A DNA stretch of 63,963 nucleotides, filler included, from Reclinomonas americana ATCC 50394 (lineage: Eukaryota), in NCBI GenBank assembly GCA_048213135.1. It is 5 parts of 4 records of this genome, joined end to end, with 100 filler letters (N's around TTAATTAATTAA, not from the genome) between each part and the next. Parts side by side here need not be neighbours in the genome. Positions count along the whole stretch, not along the records: positions 32,944 to 56,598 come from PS015142.1; positions 56,699 to 61,831 come from PS015143.1; positions 61,932 to 63,963 come from PS015144.1; 2 more parts are not named here. One strand, 5' to 3'. Of this stretch, positions 49,601 to 63,963 are shown piece by piece. The notes beneath the pieces were generated by a model. The model saw nothing but the letters and a program-made list of their open reading frames with translations. It was not told where the DNA came from and did not search any database. Position numbers and translations under genes: made by a program. Positions within the stretch are counted from its first letter, which is position 1, and each line of letters begins with the position of its first letter.

Positions 49601-50327
49601 ATGTCGTGTCGGTGGCAGCCGAGGTGCACGTCGAGCCGGCCATTGCGGGTGTGCAGTACCACATGGTCAGTGTGTGTGTGTGCTGTTGGGAGTCCATGTT
49701 GCGACTCGACTCATCAGATGACACCTTGATCTTGCTGGTTAGTTTCCGGTGGCAAACGATTCGCGAGCGGAACTGCTGCCGCATCTGGAGGCCGTATTAG
49801 CCGTCATTGGTGAGTATACACACAACCTTGCTGCTTTTGCCTCGACTCACTGATGTTGGCTTGCGCAGAGCAAGTTCGTGATCGGTCAGCGCAGGGTCGG
49901 GTGCTGCTCTACTGTGACACTGGCGACACGTGCGTCGTTCGCTGTGCCCGCGCTCTTTGTGGCACACGCTCTCTGTGATTTCTGACTGTCTCTCTGCAGT
50001 CGAGCGGCTGCGTTTGCCATTGCGTACTGGATGCGACGGCAGGCGTGCGATGTGACAGTAGCCATTCAGCAAGTGACACAAAAGAGACCGCAAGTGGTGC
50101 TGCCGCCGGTATGTGCGATGATTTAGCAAGAAATCCTCCGTGGTCGTTGCTGAGGAGTCATGGTGCACACGCAGGCATTTGTGGAGCAGCTGCACGAGTA
50201 CGAATCAGTGCTCAGACCAGCCGCCAACTCGGCAGCCAGCAGTCATGTGGCCGACAGTGACGGAGGAGTCACTGGCAGCCGAAGCGGTAGCGACGACAGC
50301 GGTGCAGGAGGGGAGGTGCTTAGGTAA
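43672..50327 (+). CDS. 3xPH + TKL protein kinase + helical region + dual-specificity phosphatase fusion
   Basis: PH C-terminal helices (EEKMRWVQTL, VRDQWVTAL, EEVTLWIQAI); kinase VAVK, LRHPNIV, HLDLKPLNLL, DFG, APE, DVFSFG; DSP YLYIGS..VLLYCDTGDTRAAAFAIAY..KRP. Confidence 0.8.
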
Positions 50328-50517
50328 ATTATTTGTCAAAATGAACATCACTCACGATTTCACACTCTCGTGCAGCAAAACTTTCTTTTTGTGTACAACA
50401 ACCACATCATCATCATCATCATCATCATCTCTGTCTCCTCTCCTCGCCCCATCAAGCGAGTGAAAAAATAGTAGCAACAGCTTCCACAGGCAACCGTAAA
50501 ATGCGACAGGCGGCAGC

Positions 50518-52961
<2,444 letters not shown>

Positions 52962-53201
52962 GGAGATGAGTGTGGAGTGCGTGTGGTGTCGATGGTCTGT
53001 GTACGTGCGTGTCTGTGTGTGTGAGAAAGAGAGAGTGGATCAGACGCAATGTCCGACTCTCGCGAGAAACCAACGCACACGCATGCACACACGCGCGCGC
53101 ACACAGCGAGATACACGAGGCCACGACACACACGCTCGTTACCTTGTCACTTGCGCCGCTCTCGCACACACTCTGCGTTGGAAGTTAAAATTCCGACGGT
53201 C

Positions 53202-55433
53202 ATGAAATTACACTCACCATCGCCATGGAAGGTTTTGCGCGCGCGCGTTCCTTCTCTCTCTCTGTCTCCCTCTGCTCACTCACTGCTTCCCTCCCTGCCA
53301 GGCAGCAGCAGCAGCAGCAACACGCAGCGACACACTGTATCACTCGCCGATCGCCCACTTCCGCCTCCTCCACCACCACTGCAACGACGCCCTCTTCCTC
53401 CTCTCCCACCCGGCGCAGGTGCACACAGCACAAATATAGCACACACAGAGACAGAAAAGAGAGGTACTCAATCGTCATTCATCATTCATCACAGGATCGA
53501 GGCACACGATTGCATTCTCGTCGCCTGCTGTGCATGATGAGGATGCAACACCATCATCCGAGGCACCTGCCTCCTCGCCTCCTCCGCCAGCAGCAGCAGT
53601 GGCGCCCACTTTCCGCATCTCATCCTTCTCCTCCTCTCGGCGATCGCTGACTCTGACTGGCGGTCAGTCGCTCGGCTCTGTTGGCAGTCGGCGCAGCAGT
53701 TGTGTTTGTTGTTGTCTTCATTGTGTGTGTGTGTTGACTCTGTGTGCTCATTTGTGTGTGTATGCGGCAGTGGCGGATGACTTGTCGGGCTTTCTGCTGC
53801 GTCTGGGCTTGCCGCAGGAGCTGGCTGCAGGCGGGGAAGACGATGAGGATGAGGATGAAGGCGACGGGCAGACGAGAGAGACTGGTTAGCTGTGGCTGCT
53901 CGTTGTTGTCTCCATCCTCTGTGCTTTGCTGATTGCTCGACTGGATAGACCCAGTGCCGCGTACAGCTGCTGCTGCTTTGGCGGCCGCTGCGTCGTCGCC
54001 GTCTGGTTCGGCTGCGTCTCTCTCGCTGGCTTCTTCTCTCTCTCTCTCCATCTGCCTCACTTGCTGTTGTTTGGCAGAGCTGTCAGCCTCGACACGCGAG
54101 TCGACGGTGATGTTTGCGGGCTCGTCGGTGTGGCCCCCACTCACCACCCTCGCCAGTTGTGTCCTTTGCTTCCTTGCGCGTATTCCTCAGTGTCACACGC
54201 ACTCATTCATGTCGATAGGTGCTGCATCGTCGCACCGCCTTCTCACTCAGCCATCGGTGTGTGTGTGTACCGCTTGTTGAACTTCCTCCTTTCCACACCG
54301 TCATTCTCACTGCGCTTGCAGGAAACACGCTTCGTGGAAAAGGAGGGCGCCGCCATGCGAGTTCTGTTTGTTGCTCGCAAAGGCAAGGCGCGCTTGCAGC
54401 GCTGTCATGTGTCGCTCGTGGGCCAGTCGCTGTACATTCACAAGAGTGCCAAGGTCTTTTTCGGTATTGTCGCTCTTCCCTTGACCTGCGCGCCAGCACT
54501 GACACTGTGATACCCGCAGGACAAGTATCCACTTGATTCGCTGCTGCTCAAGGACTTTTCTGTGGAGCAGCTGCCGCTGGAGTCGATCCACCCGTCGCTG
54601 GCAAGCTACATTAGCGGCGAGGCCGATGACGAGTCGTCTACATCCTCACTCTCTTCGACCATCCTGTCGTCGCTTACATCGCCCGCCAAGCGTGTCATTG
54701 GAACGTGCTTGAGGGTGTGTGCGCCCACTCATTACAGCGAGAGAGAGAAGGGAGGAGATCGTCGCTCACTCCTGCCTTGACTGCCTCAGATATCGGCCGA
54801 TTCGCGTGACACAGACATTGTGTTGGCGTTTGAGCGGGCCGACGAACTCGACGACTGGATGGACGTGCTGGAGGTGGTCGATCTGGACGGTGTGTTCCGC
54901 TACACGCACACGCGCCACGAGGCGGACATGACGCGACGAGAAGCCATGGCCTTGGCGCTGGCTCGCGAGCAGCAGGCACTGGTGGCCGAGGTGCGTTGCT
55001 CATCGATGTAGAAGCTCCCCTCCGTCTTCTCCTCAACAACGTGCGTGTGTGTGTTGCCGCAGCGCGCGTTCCTCATCGAAAAGTATGGCGAAGAGAGGTT
55101 CAGTGACATGCTGGACGCGCTCGGCACTCGAATGGCGATGATGTGACGGTGCACCCGCAACAACAAACAACAACAACAATACTACTGCTTCCCGTTTACC
55201 GGCTATACCTTCTTCTGGAGACACCAGAAGCAGATGACCATGCCGGCGGATATGGGTACACCGACAGCGTACGATGTGACAATGACGTCGCCGGCCCACC
55301 CAATGTGATCCGACAGGAGCGTCCAGGTGATCCACAGCAGAATCGACGCCACAATCTGCTCGTGCGGCGTTCCAAGTTGTCACAATCACGAATGAACATG
55401 CGATGGAAGACACAGAGAGCAGACGTGCCTTGA
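53202..55433 (+). CDS. Pro-rich, PH-like domain protein
   Basis: VEKEG..RVL..LQRCHVSLVGQSLYIHK and LAFERADELDDWMDVL; start codon uncertain. Confidence 0.5.
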
Positions 55434-55439
55434 ACACAA

Positions 55440-56598
55440 ACGACACGCCAAAGCAGCCGGCAGCCACGATCTTTGGCCACGTTCTCTCCTCGTCGATCCA
55501 TCTCCGTTTTCTCCACTCATCGTCATTCGAGCTCGCACCATTCACCTCGCGTCTTGTAGGCCGACCACCATACACAGCCGTGGCTGCACACGCACACAAA
55601 ACATACCGTTCAACACCAAAGAACACACACACACACACACAAAAGCGAATCGTGGGAGCACCATCCGTGCCCGCAATGCTCGAGTCCTCACGCTGCGCCT
55701 CCTCGTCATCGACCAACGACGCAGAGTCGATCACACTATCGACACACTGTGTTCAACACGTGCGCGACACACAGACACGCGCAAGCAAAGAGCAACGATC
55801 GAAACTCGCGCTCTCTCTCTGGCCGACACCGCGGATCTTGAAACGCCTCAATCACACACAAGTTGCCTGTGTCACAGATGTCACCAACACACACTCAAGA
55901 CGCACACGTGTGTGTGTGTGCGTGCGCTCACCAGAGACCAACTCAAAGAACAGCGACGCCATGACAAAGATCATGCCCGCAGTCGCCACTTTGCTCTACA
56001 CAAACGAGTCAGTGAGCAGAGTTGAGCAACACACACTCTCTCACACACACTGACACACCAGAGACACCACTGTGCTCAGTGAGAAGAGCGCCGGCAGCGA
56101 CACCGACAGGAAGAACACAAAGTGCAGCAACACTGAGGGAGAGAGTGTGTCAGTGTCAGTGTCGATGAGATACATAAGCAAGTGTGCTCACCGTAGACGC
56201 CATACCAGGCGACTCTGAGCATGCGCATCTCTCGCGGCTGCCTCGATGATCTAGATCTCTATGAGTGTGACTCACCAGATTGTCTCTTGTTGTTGCACGC
56301 GCATGAGTGGTCTGTGTGTCTCTCCACTCTTCTCCACTCTCTTCCTCTCCTCTCTCACACACAGTGCTCACACAGACACGGGCTCACTGGATGGCCTCGG
56401 CAGTGCGTCAATGGCCAGTCCCATTCCCGCGCCCACTGCTGGCAAGCATCCTCATCGCAGCTGTTACGCGCGCTCTCTCACACACACTGTGACAGAGACA
56501 CTCACACACGCACATAACACAGCATCAAGATCACACCCGCGACCACCGACCAACGGGACGCACGACAGCACACACGATCTCGACAGTGTGGTCAGTCC
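55440..56598 (-). CDS. Uncharacterised membrane protein, small exons (5' end in gap)
   Basis: Hydrophobic exons VLLHFVFFLSVSLPALFSL and ATAGMIFVMASLFF bounded by GT-AG; ends approximate. Confidence 0.4.
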
Positions 56599-57410
56599 NN
56601 NNNNNNNNNNNNNNNNNNNNNNNNNNNNNNNNNNNNNNNNNNTTAATTAATTAANNNNNNNNNNNNNNNNNNNNNNNNNNNNNNNNNNNNNNNNNNNNTG
56701 AACGCCGGAAACACGTGAGTGAGTGTGCATGCAGGAAAACCAAACACGACACAGCGGGTGAAAACGAAACGCGAAGAAGGCGATTGGTCGCTCGCGAGAA
56801 GCACAGGAGCACACCCGCGGCCAGGCAGATCGCGCTGCATAATGGTCAGAGCGATGCAAGGAGACAAAACAAGCAAGAGAAGGAGATGCGCGCACCCTGC
56901 CACGCGAAGAATGAAGCCGCCAATGCGAGTCTCCTGTGTGCATCAACGACGAGTGTGTGTGTGTTTGAGCAGGAAGACTCTCAGTGGTCAGTACGTGCAT
57001 GCACACAGACCTCGACGGAGAGCTGTTCCCCCAGCACCTGCACATCAGCATTCAGCCAGCCAATTGCTGCACATGCACAGTTGAGACAAGAGAAGATGAA
57101 GAGGAAGAAGAGGAGGGGCTCACCGCCAAGAAGGAAGAAGACGCCACTGAGCCGCACGACCTGCGCGATGTAATTCATGTTAAAATGTCAATGAAAGCAA
57201 GTCGATGTCGATGTCGATGTCGATGTCGACCGTCGACTCGACAGATCGACGCACGCACACACACACACACACACACACCGATTGATCGCTCACAGGCAGA
57301 GAGAGGTGAGACAACGCACCGTGCACACACACACGCGCACGTCTGCACGACATGTCGACTCACACACACCCGCACTTTCTCTTTCTCTCGCTTTTCACAC
57401 ACACAGACGG

Positions 57411-60057
57411 ATGAGCGACGAGCACCAGCAAGTGTTGCACATTCTGCGGCACCCGCTGCAAGTGATTGATGCGGCCTTTGAGGAGCTGGTGAGCAGTGGG
57501 GAGGAGCAGGACGCTGCTGCGTGTGAGCAGGTGTGTGCGCAGGCGCGAGAGAGTGTCGATGCGTCGGGCACGTTTCGACCAGCCGCTGTGGGCGAAGACG
57601 CCGTGCTGCAAGTGATTCACGATGAGTCGGTCTATGCCAGAGTTGCGATCAACAACATGCATGGGAGATCAATCACACATTCTTTCTCACTCTCCCCGCA
57701 CAGATTCCGCTGTTGAATGCGTGCCGACAGCGTGATCTGGTCGATGGGTGCATTGTGCGGTACCGGTGCATGGTGCAAGACATGTGGGATCCGGAGCTGT
57801 ACGTTGGCACGTTTGTGTTGCATCACGCGGCAAGTGGAGCTGTGCGTGTTGTCCATCACAAGTACCGCGATGCGCTCGATGTGCCAGTGCGTGACAGTCC
57901 CACCTTCCCTTGTGTGTGTATGTACCATCTCATCGCGTTGTGCGCCAGCCTGGGTGTGACATTGACACTGATTTCACCAATCCGCTGGTGGTGACGGCAC
58001 CGCGACGATCATAGTTGCGACGCAGCAGTGTTCTTTCCCTCCCATCTGCCGTCCTTCTCATGTTTGTTTTTGTTGGCAGTTATGCGGTGCCGGTGCCGGG
58101 TCTCACCGAGTGGGCGCTGGCCTCGCAGCAGGAGGAGAATCGCGCGAATTGCTACGGGTGGGGCGAGGATGTGTTTGTGGTGATGGACGACGAGAGGCAG
58201 AGGCGGAAGCGACGGGCGGTGGCCGACGAATCCGATCCGCTTGATGTGCGACTGGCCTCGGGTGCCGCGGCTGCGCAGGCGGAGAGCGACATGGCACGTG
58301 AGGGTGGTGCGCCGTCGAAGCGCAAGCGTCGACGGGGTGGTGACGACGAGGTAGATGACGACGACGACGACGATGGTGAGGAAGGAGGCGCGAGAGGGCG
58401 CATGGTGGACGACGGTGACGGTGGCGAGGGAGAGGAAGATGAGCATGGCGACGACGGGGAACGTCGCAGTCGCGCAGGCCCATCGCGCTCGCCGGTGTCG
58501 TCCGGCACCGCTGCTGCGGCTGCGGCTCCCGGTGCACGAGTTCCGGTGGCGCAGATTGGCAATCGCAATCTGCCGCTGGCCTCTGCCGATCGAGCGCCCC
58601 CGTGTGTGCTGCATGTTGCGCGTGGGCGTGTTGTCGCGTTTTGCTCCGGAGCGTTGACTGAGAGAAAGAGGGTGTGCGACAGATTTACGACGAGGAGACC
58701 TCGGTGGAGAGCATGTTCAAGATCTGCGACGTGATTGAGGTGGTCGGCATTCTCGCCGTGGACGGCATCAGCGATGACCTGGTGTACACAGACGAGTTGC
58801 GTGCAGTCGATCTCCTTGTGGCGTTGGCTTCCTTGTTGTTGATGAGTGTGTGGTTCTCGTGCGCAGAGGTGCACTGATGAGCGAGTTCCCCGAAGATGTG
58901 GCCGCACACCACCCGCCGCACGCCTTTGTTCCGCGCATTCACGTGCTCGCACACCGCCCGTTGCCGACGCTGATCTCGCCGATGGCACTCTCGGCGCCAT
59001 CCATTCCCACGGCGCTCGTCGAAGTGCGTGAACACCTGATTGACTTTCTCGCGTTCCACTTGGGCGGCGATCGGCTGGCCGCCACGTACTTGCTGCTCAA
59101 CTTGATCTCCAGAGTGTTGCGTACGTGCACATGCACAGAAGCGTATTGCTTTGTCTCACCGTCCGTCGTGTTGCCGGTGCAGAGAAGATCGTCGGTACGA
59201 TCAGCCGCTCGGCACATTTGCCTTGTCACTGGGCATGCTGTCGAGCGCCGACGTGGAGCGCCTGGTGCAGTGCGTGATTGCACCGCTGTTGCCGGCGTTG
59301 CATGTGGTTCGCTGCTCGCCCGAGGCTCTCGGTGCCGCGTCGATGGTGCCGTGGAAGGACCTCACCGAAAACCGACTGAAGGCCGGCGCACTGCAGCTGT
59401 GTGCTGGCACGCATCTGTGTGTGGACGAGACGGTGTTGCGCGAGGGCGCCGTGGGGGAGGTGGCGGCGCGCAACATGCAGGCGCTCCGCTCCGTCGCCGA
59501 TCAGCAGACCCTCGAATACGATCTGGGCTTCTCACCGAAGACATTCTACACCGACATGCCAGTGCTGGCGTTCACCACACACCGCAAGTCGATTCTCGAG
59601 GTCTGTTCTCTTTGATTCCCTCCATCGTTGTGCGGTCCCTCATTGGCGTTTTTATGGTAGATTCGCTGCTGCGTGCCTCTCGCCGGTCGCGTCGCGCACG
59701 GCGGTGACATGACTCCATTCGACGTCAACATTCCCGATTTCCGCGCCTACATTGCTCACGTGCGCACGCTGCGTGCACGACTCGACGAGGCCACGTCGGA
59801 ACTCGTGCAGACGGACTATGCGCGGTTGCGCAGTGATGGGTCGCATGGCAACGTCGATCAGGTATGTGTCTCTCGCTCTGTGTGCGTGTGAGGGGTATGC
59901 TGCTCACTTGCATTTTTACGTCGTGCAGTTCAAACTGAGCATGTGGCTGGACGCGGCCAAACTGCTGGCGGCGAGCTACGGCGAAGAGGTGGTAACGGCG
60001 GAGCGATGGAGTGCAGTGCTGGGCGCTGAGCGCGATCGCTTGGATCGACTGCGATAG
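57411..60057 (+). CDS. MCMBP: Mini-chromosome maintenance complex-binding protein
   Basis: IVRYRCMVQDMWDPELY, YAVPVPG..W, EVVGIL, VPRIH, GGDRLAATYLLLNLISRV, PWKD..NRLKAGALQL..GTHL.VDET. Confidence 0.93.
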
Positions 60058-60144
60058 ACCAATAATCCTTCAACAATCAACAACAACAAACCAATGCAAC
60101 ACCATTTTTAATTCCACTCTGCATCTAGCCTCCATTGCAGCGCG

Positions 60145-61670
60145 TCACCTGCGAATGTGGTACTTTTTGTACAGACTCATGAAGCGCGCGACAAATGCCT
60201 CGATGTGGAACACGGGCTTCGAACCGAGCTTCATGCGATGCTCCTGCGACTTAAAATGTCAGGGAGTCAAGGAAAGAAGACGGTGTGGAGTGAAGCAACG
60301 CAACATAGTGGGCGGCCCACTTGAGCACCTCGTAGGCGAGGTACACGTCGATCTTGGTGAGCAGCGCCAACACGAGGGTCTTGATGATGGCCTCCGGCGG
60401 AATGCAGTTGACAATCAGCTCGTAGATCTTGCCGCGCACGTCCACGATGCTGTTTATGCACGTTCAGTCAGTCAGAGCGATATGAAGGGGGAGAGAGAGA
60501 GATGCAGGTAGCAAGTGCACACCGTTTGGGACTCTGCTCCTGAATCATGCGGGCAGAGATAAAGTTGACAAACACCTCCCAGTGCGGTCTCTCCACCAGC
60601 TGCGCGTCGGAGAATGGATATCTGTGGCATTGGAGTGAGTCAGGGACGTCAACTTTGCTTGACCACAGATCCCGAATGCAACTGTTGCACGCGGCACACT
60701 TCCAATTGCAGCAGCGCGCGTCGCAAGTTGCCATCGGCCGACTCCGCAATGCGTTCCGCCAGTGCGGGTGGCAGCTGCAGCTTCTCCGCTCGCGCCACCT
60801 CGTGCAGCACTTGGGTGATCTGCGCAGAATAGTGAGTGTGCACACGCTGGGACGGCGATGGAGTTGCCAAGCATCACCTCGGCAGCTCCGGGAGCGGGCA
60901 CTCGAATCGGCACACATCGACTGCGCAGTGGCTCCAACAACTTGGAGGTGGTCTGCGAGGTTGTTGCTCGGCTATGAGTGCCTGACAACAATTGATACAA
61001 TTGGATCGGGTGACACACACCGTCGCCACCAAGATCAAGCGGCACGTGCCCATGTACTTTTCCATGGTGCGACGCAACGCCTGCTGCGCTTCGCGACTGA
61101 GGAGGTCCACATCACGCAGAACGACGACTGCGATCCAACGAGTCAGCACGAATTCGTTGCCAAAAAACACATGCTGTGCACTCACCCTTGAAGACGTGCG
61201 TCGAAGCAGTCGTCACAATCGGAGCACTGCTGGCAATCTCCTTGATCATCTCGCGCACTACCAGGCGGTCGTAGATGCCCACATCGCTGCGTGCGTGACA
61301 AAAAATGAGCTCCACACACGCCAGCGGAACTCTCTTGCGTGCACAGTTAGCAAACCTCGGTTTGACCTCGATGTGGTGCGCACTCGAGAGCACCACCAGC
61401 TCCACATCAGCGCCGCTCGGTTTCTGCAGCACGGCGCGTGATCAGCACACACTCAAAGTGGAGACACACAGCACATGAAGGCACCGACCTTGAACGTCTT
61501 GGTCTCGGCACGCAACTGCGCACCACACACCAACAATCAGTCTCTCGCATGCAAGCCACGAATCAAGCAACACAAGCTCGCCACACCTTGCGTGCACCCG
61601 GTCCAAACAACTCCACCAGCAGTGCACTCACACGCGTCTGTTTGCCGGCGCCCGAGGGACCAAAGAACAG
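60145..61670 (-). CDS. RFC3: Replication factor C subunit 3 (yeast Rfc5 type), 5' end in gap
   Basis: [67 protein letters not shown]. Confidence 0.95.
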
Positions 61671-61760
61671 CTGCAAAATACACACAAAGCGTGAGACAAC
61701 TCAGTTGCTCAACTGGATCCCTCGTTCCCGCACTCCCCACTCGCTCTTCGTTCCTTCCCT

Positions 61761-61761
<1 letters not shown>

Positions 61762-61823
<62 letters not shown>

Positions 61824-61830
61824 CTCGCTC
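61762..61830. repeat. (CT)n microsatellite
   Basis: CT run next to the gap. Confidence 0.9.
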
Positions 61831-61986
61831 TNNNNNNNNNNNNNNNNNNNNNNNNNNNNNNNNNNNNNNNNNNNNTTAATTAATTAANNNNNNNNNNNNN
61901 NNNNNNNNNNNNNNNNNNNNNNNNNNNNNNNTGGGTTAGGTCGATATCGACTGTCAAACATGGGGAGATGTGAATGATGATTAACC

Positions 61987-62490
61987 TTGGCGAGGTTGGG
62001 CAGGTTGACGCCCAGCGACATTGAGCGATCGCATCGGAACTTCTTGAAGCCCTGCACACCAACAATTGTGAGTGTGAGAGAGAGAGGCAAGGTGGCCATG
62101 GACAACCCCCCTCTCGACAGACATCGCCACTCTTTCTTTCTCCCCCCCCTCCTCTCTCTCACTCTCGCTCCCGCCTCTCACGTGTGACGCAACATCAGCG
62201 CGCAGCATCATGTGGACGAGAGAGACGTGTGAGGGATCCATGGCCTGCAGCGACAATCCCGATGATGATGCCTGCTCATTGACTCACATGAGCACACATA
62301 CAGAGCAGAGAGCAGAGAGAGTCGCGGGGTTGCGCAACATCAAAGTTTGCCTCAATCACCAACTCCTTCACTGTGAGTGAGCGTGTGAGCGTGTGAGTGC
62401 GTGATGAGGTACTTTGATCATCACTGCGCGCTCACCAGCCTCAAGCACTCGCTTGAGCACGTGTCCTTGTTGCATCCGAGCCTCGAACAT
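61987..62490 (-). CDS. PCNA: Proliferating cell nuclear antigen, 5' part (rest in gap)
   Basis: MFEARM.QG..LKRVLEAVKELV.EANFD..GLSLQAMDPSHVSLV..FRCDR..SLGVNL. Confidence 0.96.
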
Positions 62491-62772
62491 GGTAATTAGA
62501 GTGGTGGTGGTGGTTGCGCGCACGCTGTGTTGACACGATTGAAGCAAATAGGCAAACCCTGGACAGATTCGTGTCGCGCGGGAGGTACTCGCGACGTCGC
62601 TCGACCGGCAACCACAAGAAGCACGAGTGGAAGGCAGCGCACGGTGCTGTTGCGCGCTGCATTAAACATAGCCACACGTGGACGCGAAGAAGAAGGAAAG
62701 AGAAATGACATCAAGTGTCCTGCGATTGACGCCGACGTTGCTTTTCTACTTGCACATAACACGCGCGCGCGA

Positions 62773-63963
62773 ATGAGTGAAGCTGCAATGGCCGGTGAGG
62801 CCACTGGCACCGCCGGAGTGGCACCCATCAAACCCGAGTTGCGTCTCACGCACACGCTCACACACACGCCATGTCACACTCACTCACACTGATACACGCA
62901 GGTTCATTCTTGCGCGTCCTCCTCCGCCGCCGCCGCCAGTAGCAGCAGCAGCAGCAGCAGCACCAGTTGAAGCAACTGATGCAGCCAGTGGCAGTGGTGT
63001 ATCAGTGCCAGTGGATCTCGGCGATCAAGTGACGCTGGAGGGCACTGGCAAACGTGAACGAGCAGAGGTAAGTCTCTCTCTTTCTCTCTACTCTCTCACT
63101 GTGCATTGCATCCTGCTGAACGAACGACTCGCCGCAGCAAGTGGAAGCAGAGCCGCGACGGAAGCGACAACGCGGCATGAATCGTGGAGCCGAGCGCCCG
63201 CGCAATCCAGTGCCGAAAGAGGTGCATTGCTTTGCTTGCCTTCCCTGTCCACACACGTGCCTGAGTGAGTAATGTGCAGCGTACACAAGGGCTGCCATCG
63301 GGTCGCTTGACCGAGTTCAACTGCTTCTCCAGCACGCTGCTGCGCGACTTGCGCAAGCGGCGCAATTTTCCGCGCACCAAGGCCGCCGAGAGACACGCTG
63401 CGGCTGCTATCAAGGTCCTGCTGCCGGCGTCTACAGTGGCCGCAGCGGCGGCGGCTGCTGCAGAGGCGGAGAATGCGGCAGAGGCGGCGGCGGCAGTGGT
63501 GGTGGCGACTGCGGGTGAGCCATCATCGTCTTCGGCACCAGTTGTCGACGATCGCGAGGAAAAGGTGACTGTCGATGGTGATGGCGATGCCACCATGACG
63601 ACGCCGACACCACCGACTGCGGCTGCCCCGCTGCACGCCGGCGGAAGCGAGTACGTGGAGACGCGGCAGCTGGCGCGAGAGAAGAAGAAGGTGTCGTGAG
63701 CGCGCATGCATACAGAGGAGACGAGTGGAGGGAAGTGTGAGCTGATGATGTCTGTCGTGTGTACAGCTGGACTTCAAGGACAAGCTGTATCTCGCCCCGC
63801 TGACCACCGTCGGTAATCTGCCATTCCGCTGCGTGTGCAAGCGACTCGGTGCCGATGTCACCATTGGTGAGATGGCCATGACGCCCGAGTGCATGAAGGT
63901 GTGTGATTTTTTCTTTCTCTCTTCTGCGTGCCGTGAGGCGAACGGTGAGGAGTGGTACTCACA
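62773..63963 (+). CDS. DUS3: tRNA-dihydrouridine(47) synthase, 5' part
   Basis: [55 protein letters not shown]. Confidence 0.93.

Noticed and set aside
56699-57200. Possible 3' gene fragment with basic/acidic and Cys-containing stretches
   Set aside because: Frame and product could not be resolved next to the gap; not called.

Overview
Gene-dense, GC-rich nuclear DNA from an intron-rich unicellular eukaryote, probably a flagellated protist; this is inferred from CEP295-like, CCDC33-like and SF-assemblin-like genes, and the taxon cannot be fixed from this window. It is a draft scaffold with N gaps, four of which carry an artificial TTAATTAATTAA linker. About 27 protein genes were parsed by hand through short (mostly ~60-120 nt) GT-AG introns. 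Clearly recognisable: Aurora kinase, PEX7, a histidine acid phosphatase, an SMP/Mmm1-like lipid-transfer protein, PLAC8, old yellow enzyme, a C-factor SDR, COMMD9, a CinA-like/nucleotidyltransferase, MCM-BP, RFC3, PCNA and DUS3. Unusual architectures: a 3xPH-TKL kinase-dual-specificity phosphatase fusion, a coiled-coil 'large Rab' lacking the catalytic Gln, an EF-hand/purple acid phosphatase, and an Hsp70-like...macrodomain-like giant protein. The most striking signal is in the splicing code. At least 33 introns, located by restoring reading frame and often conserved motifs, begin with GTTGCG (30) or GTTGCA (3). These lack the near-universal +5 G, and 31 of 33 have a non-G last exon base. This suggests a second, register-shifted 5' splice-site class. 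All exon structures are manual inferences without RNA data.
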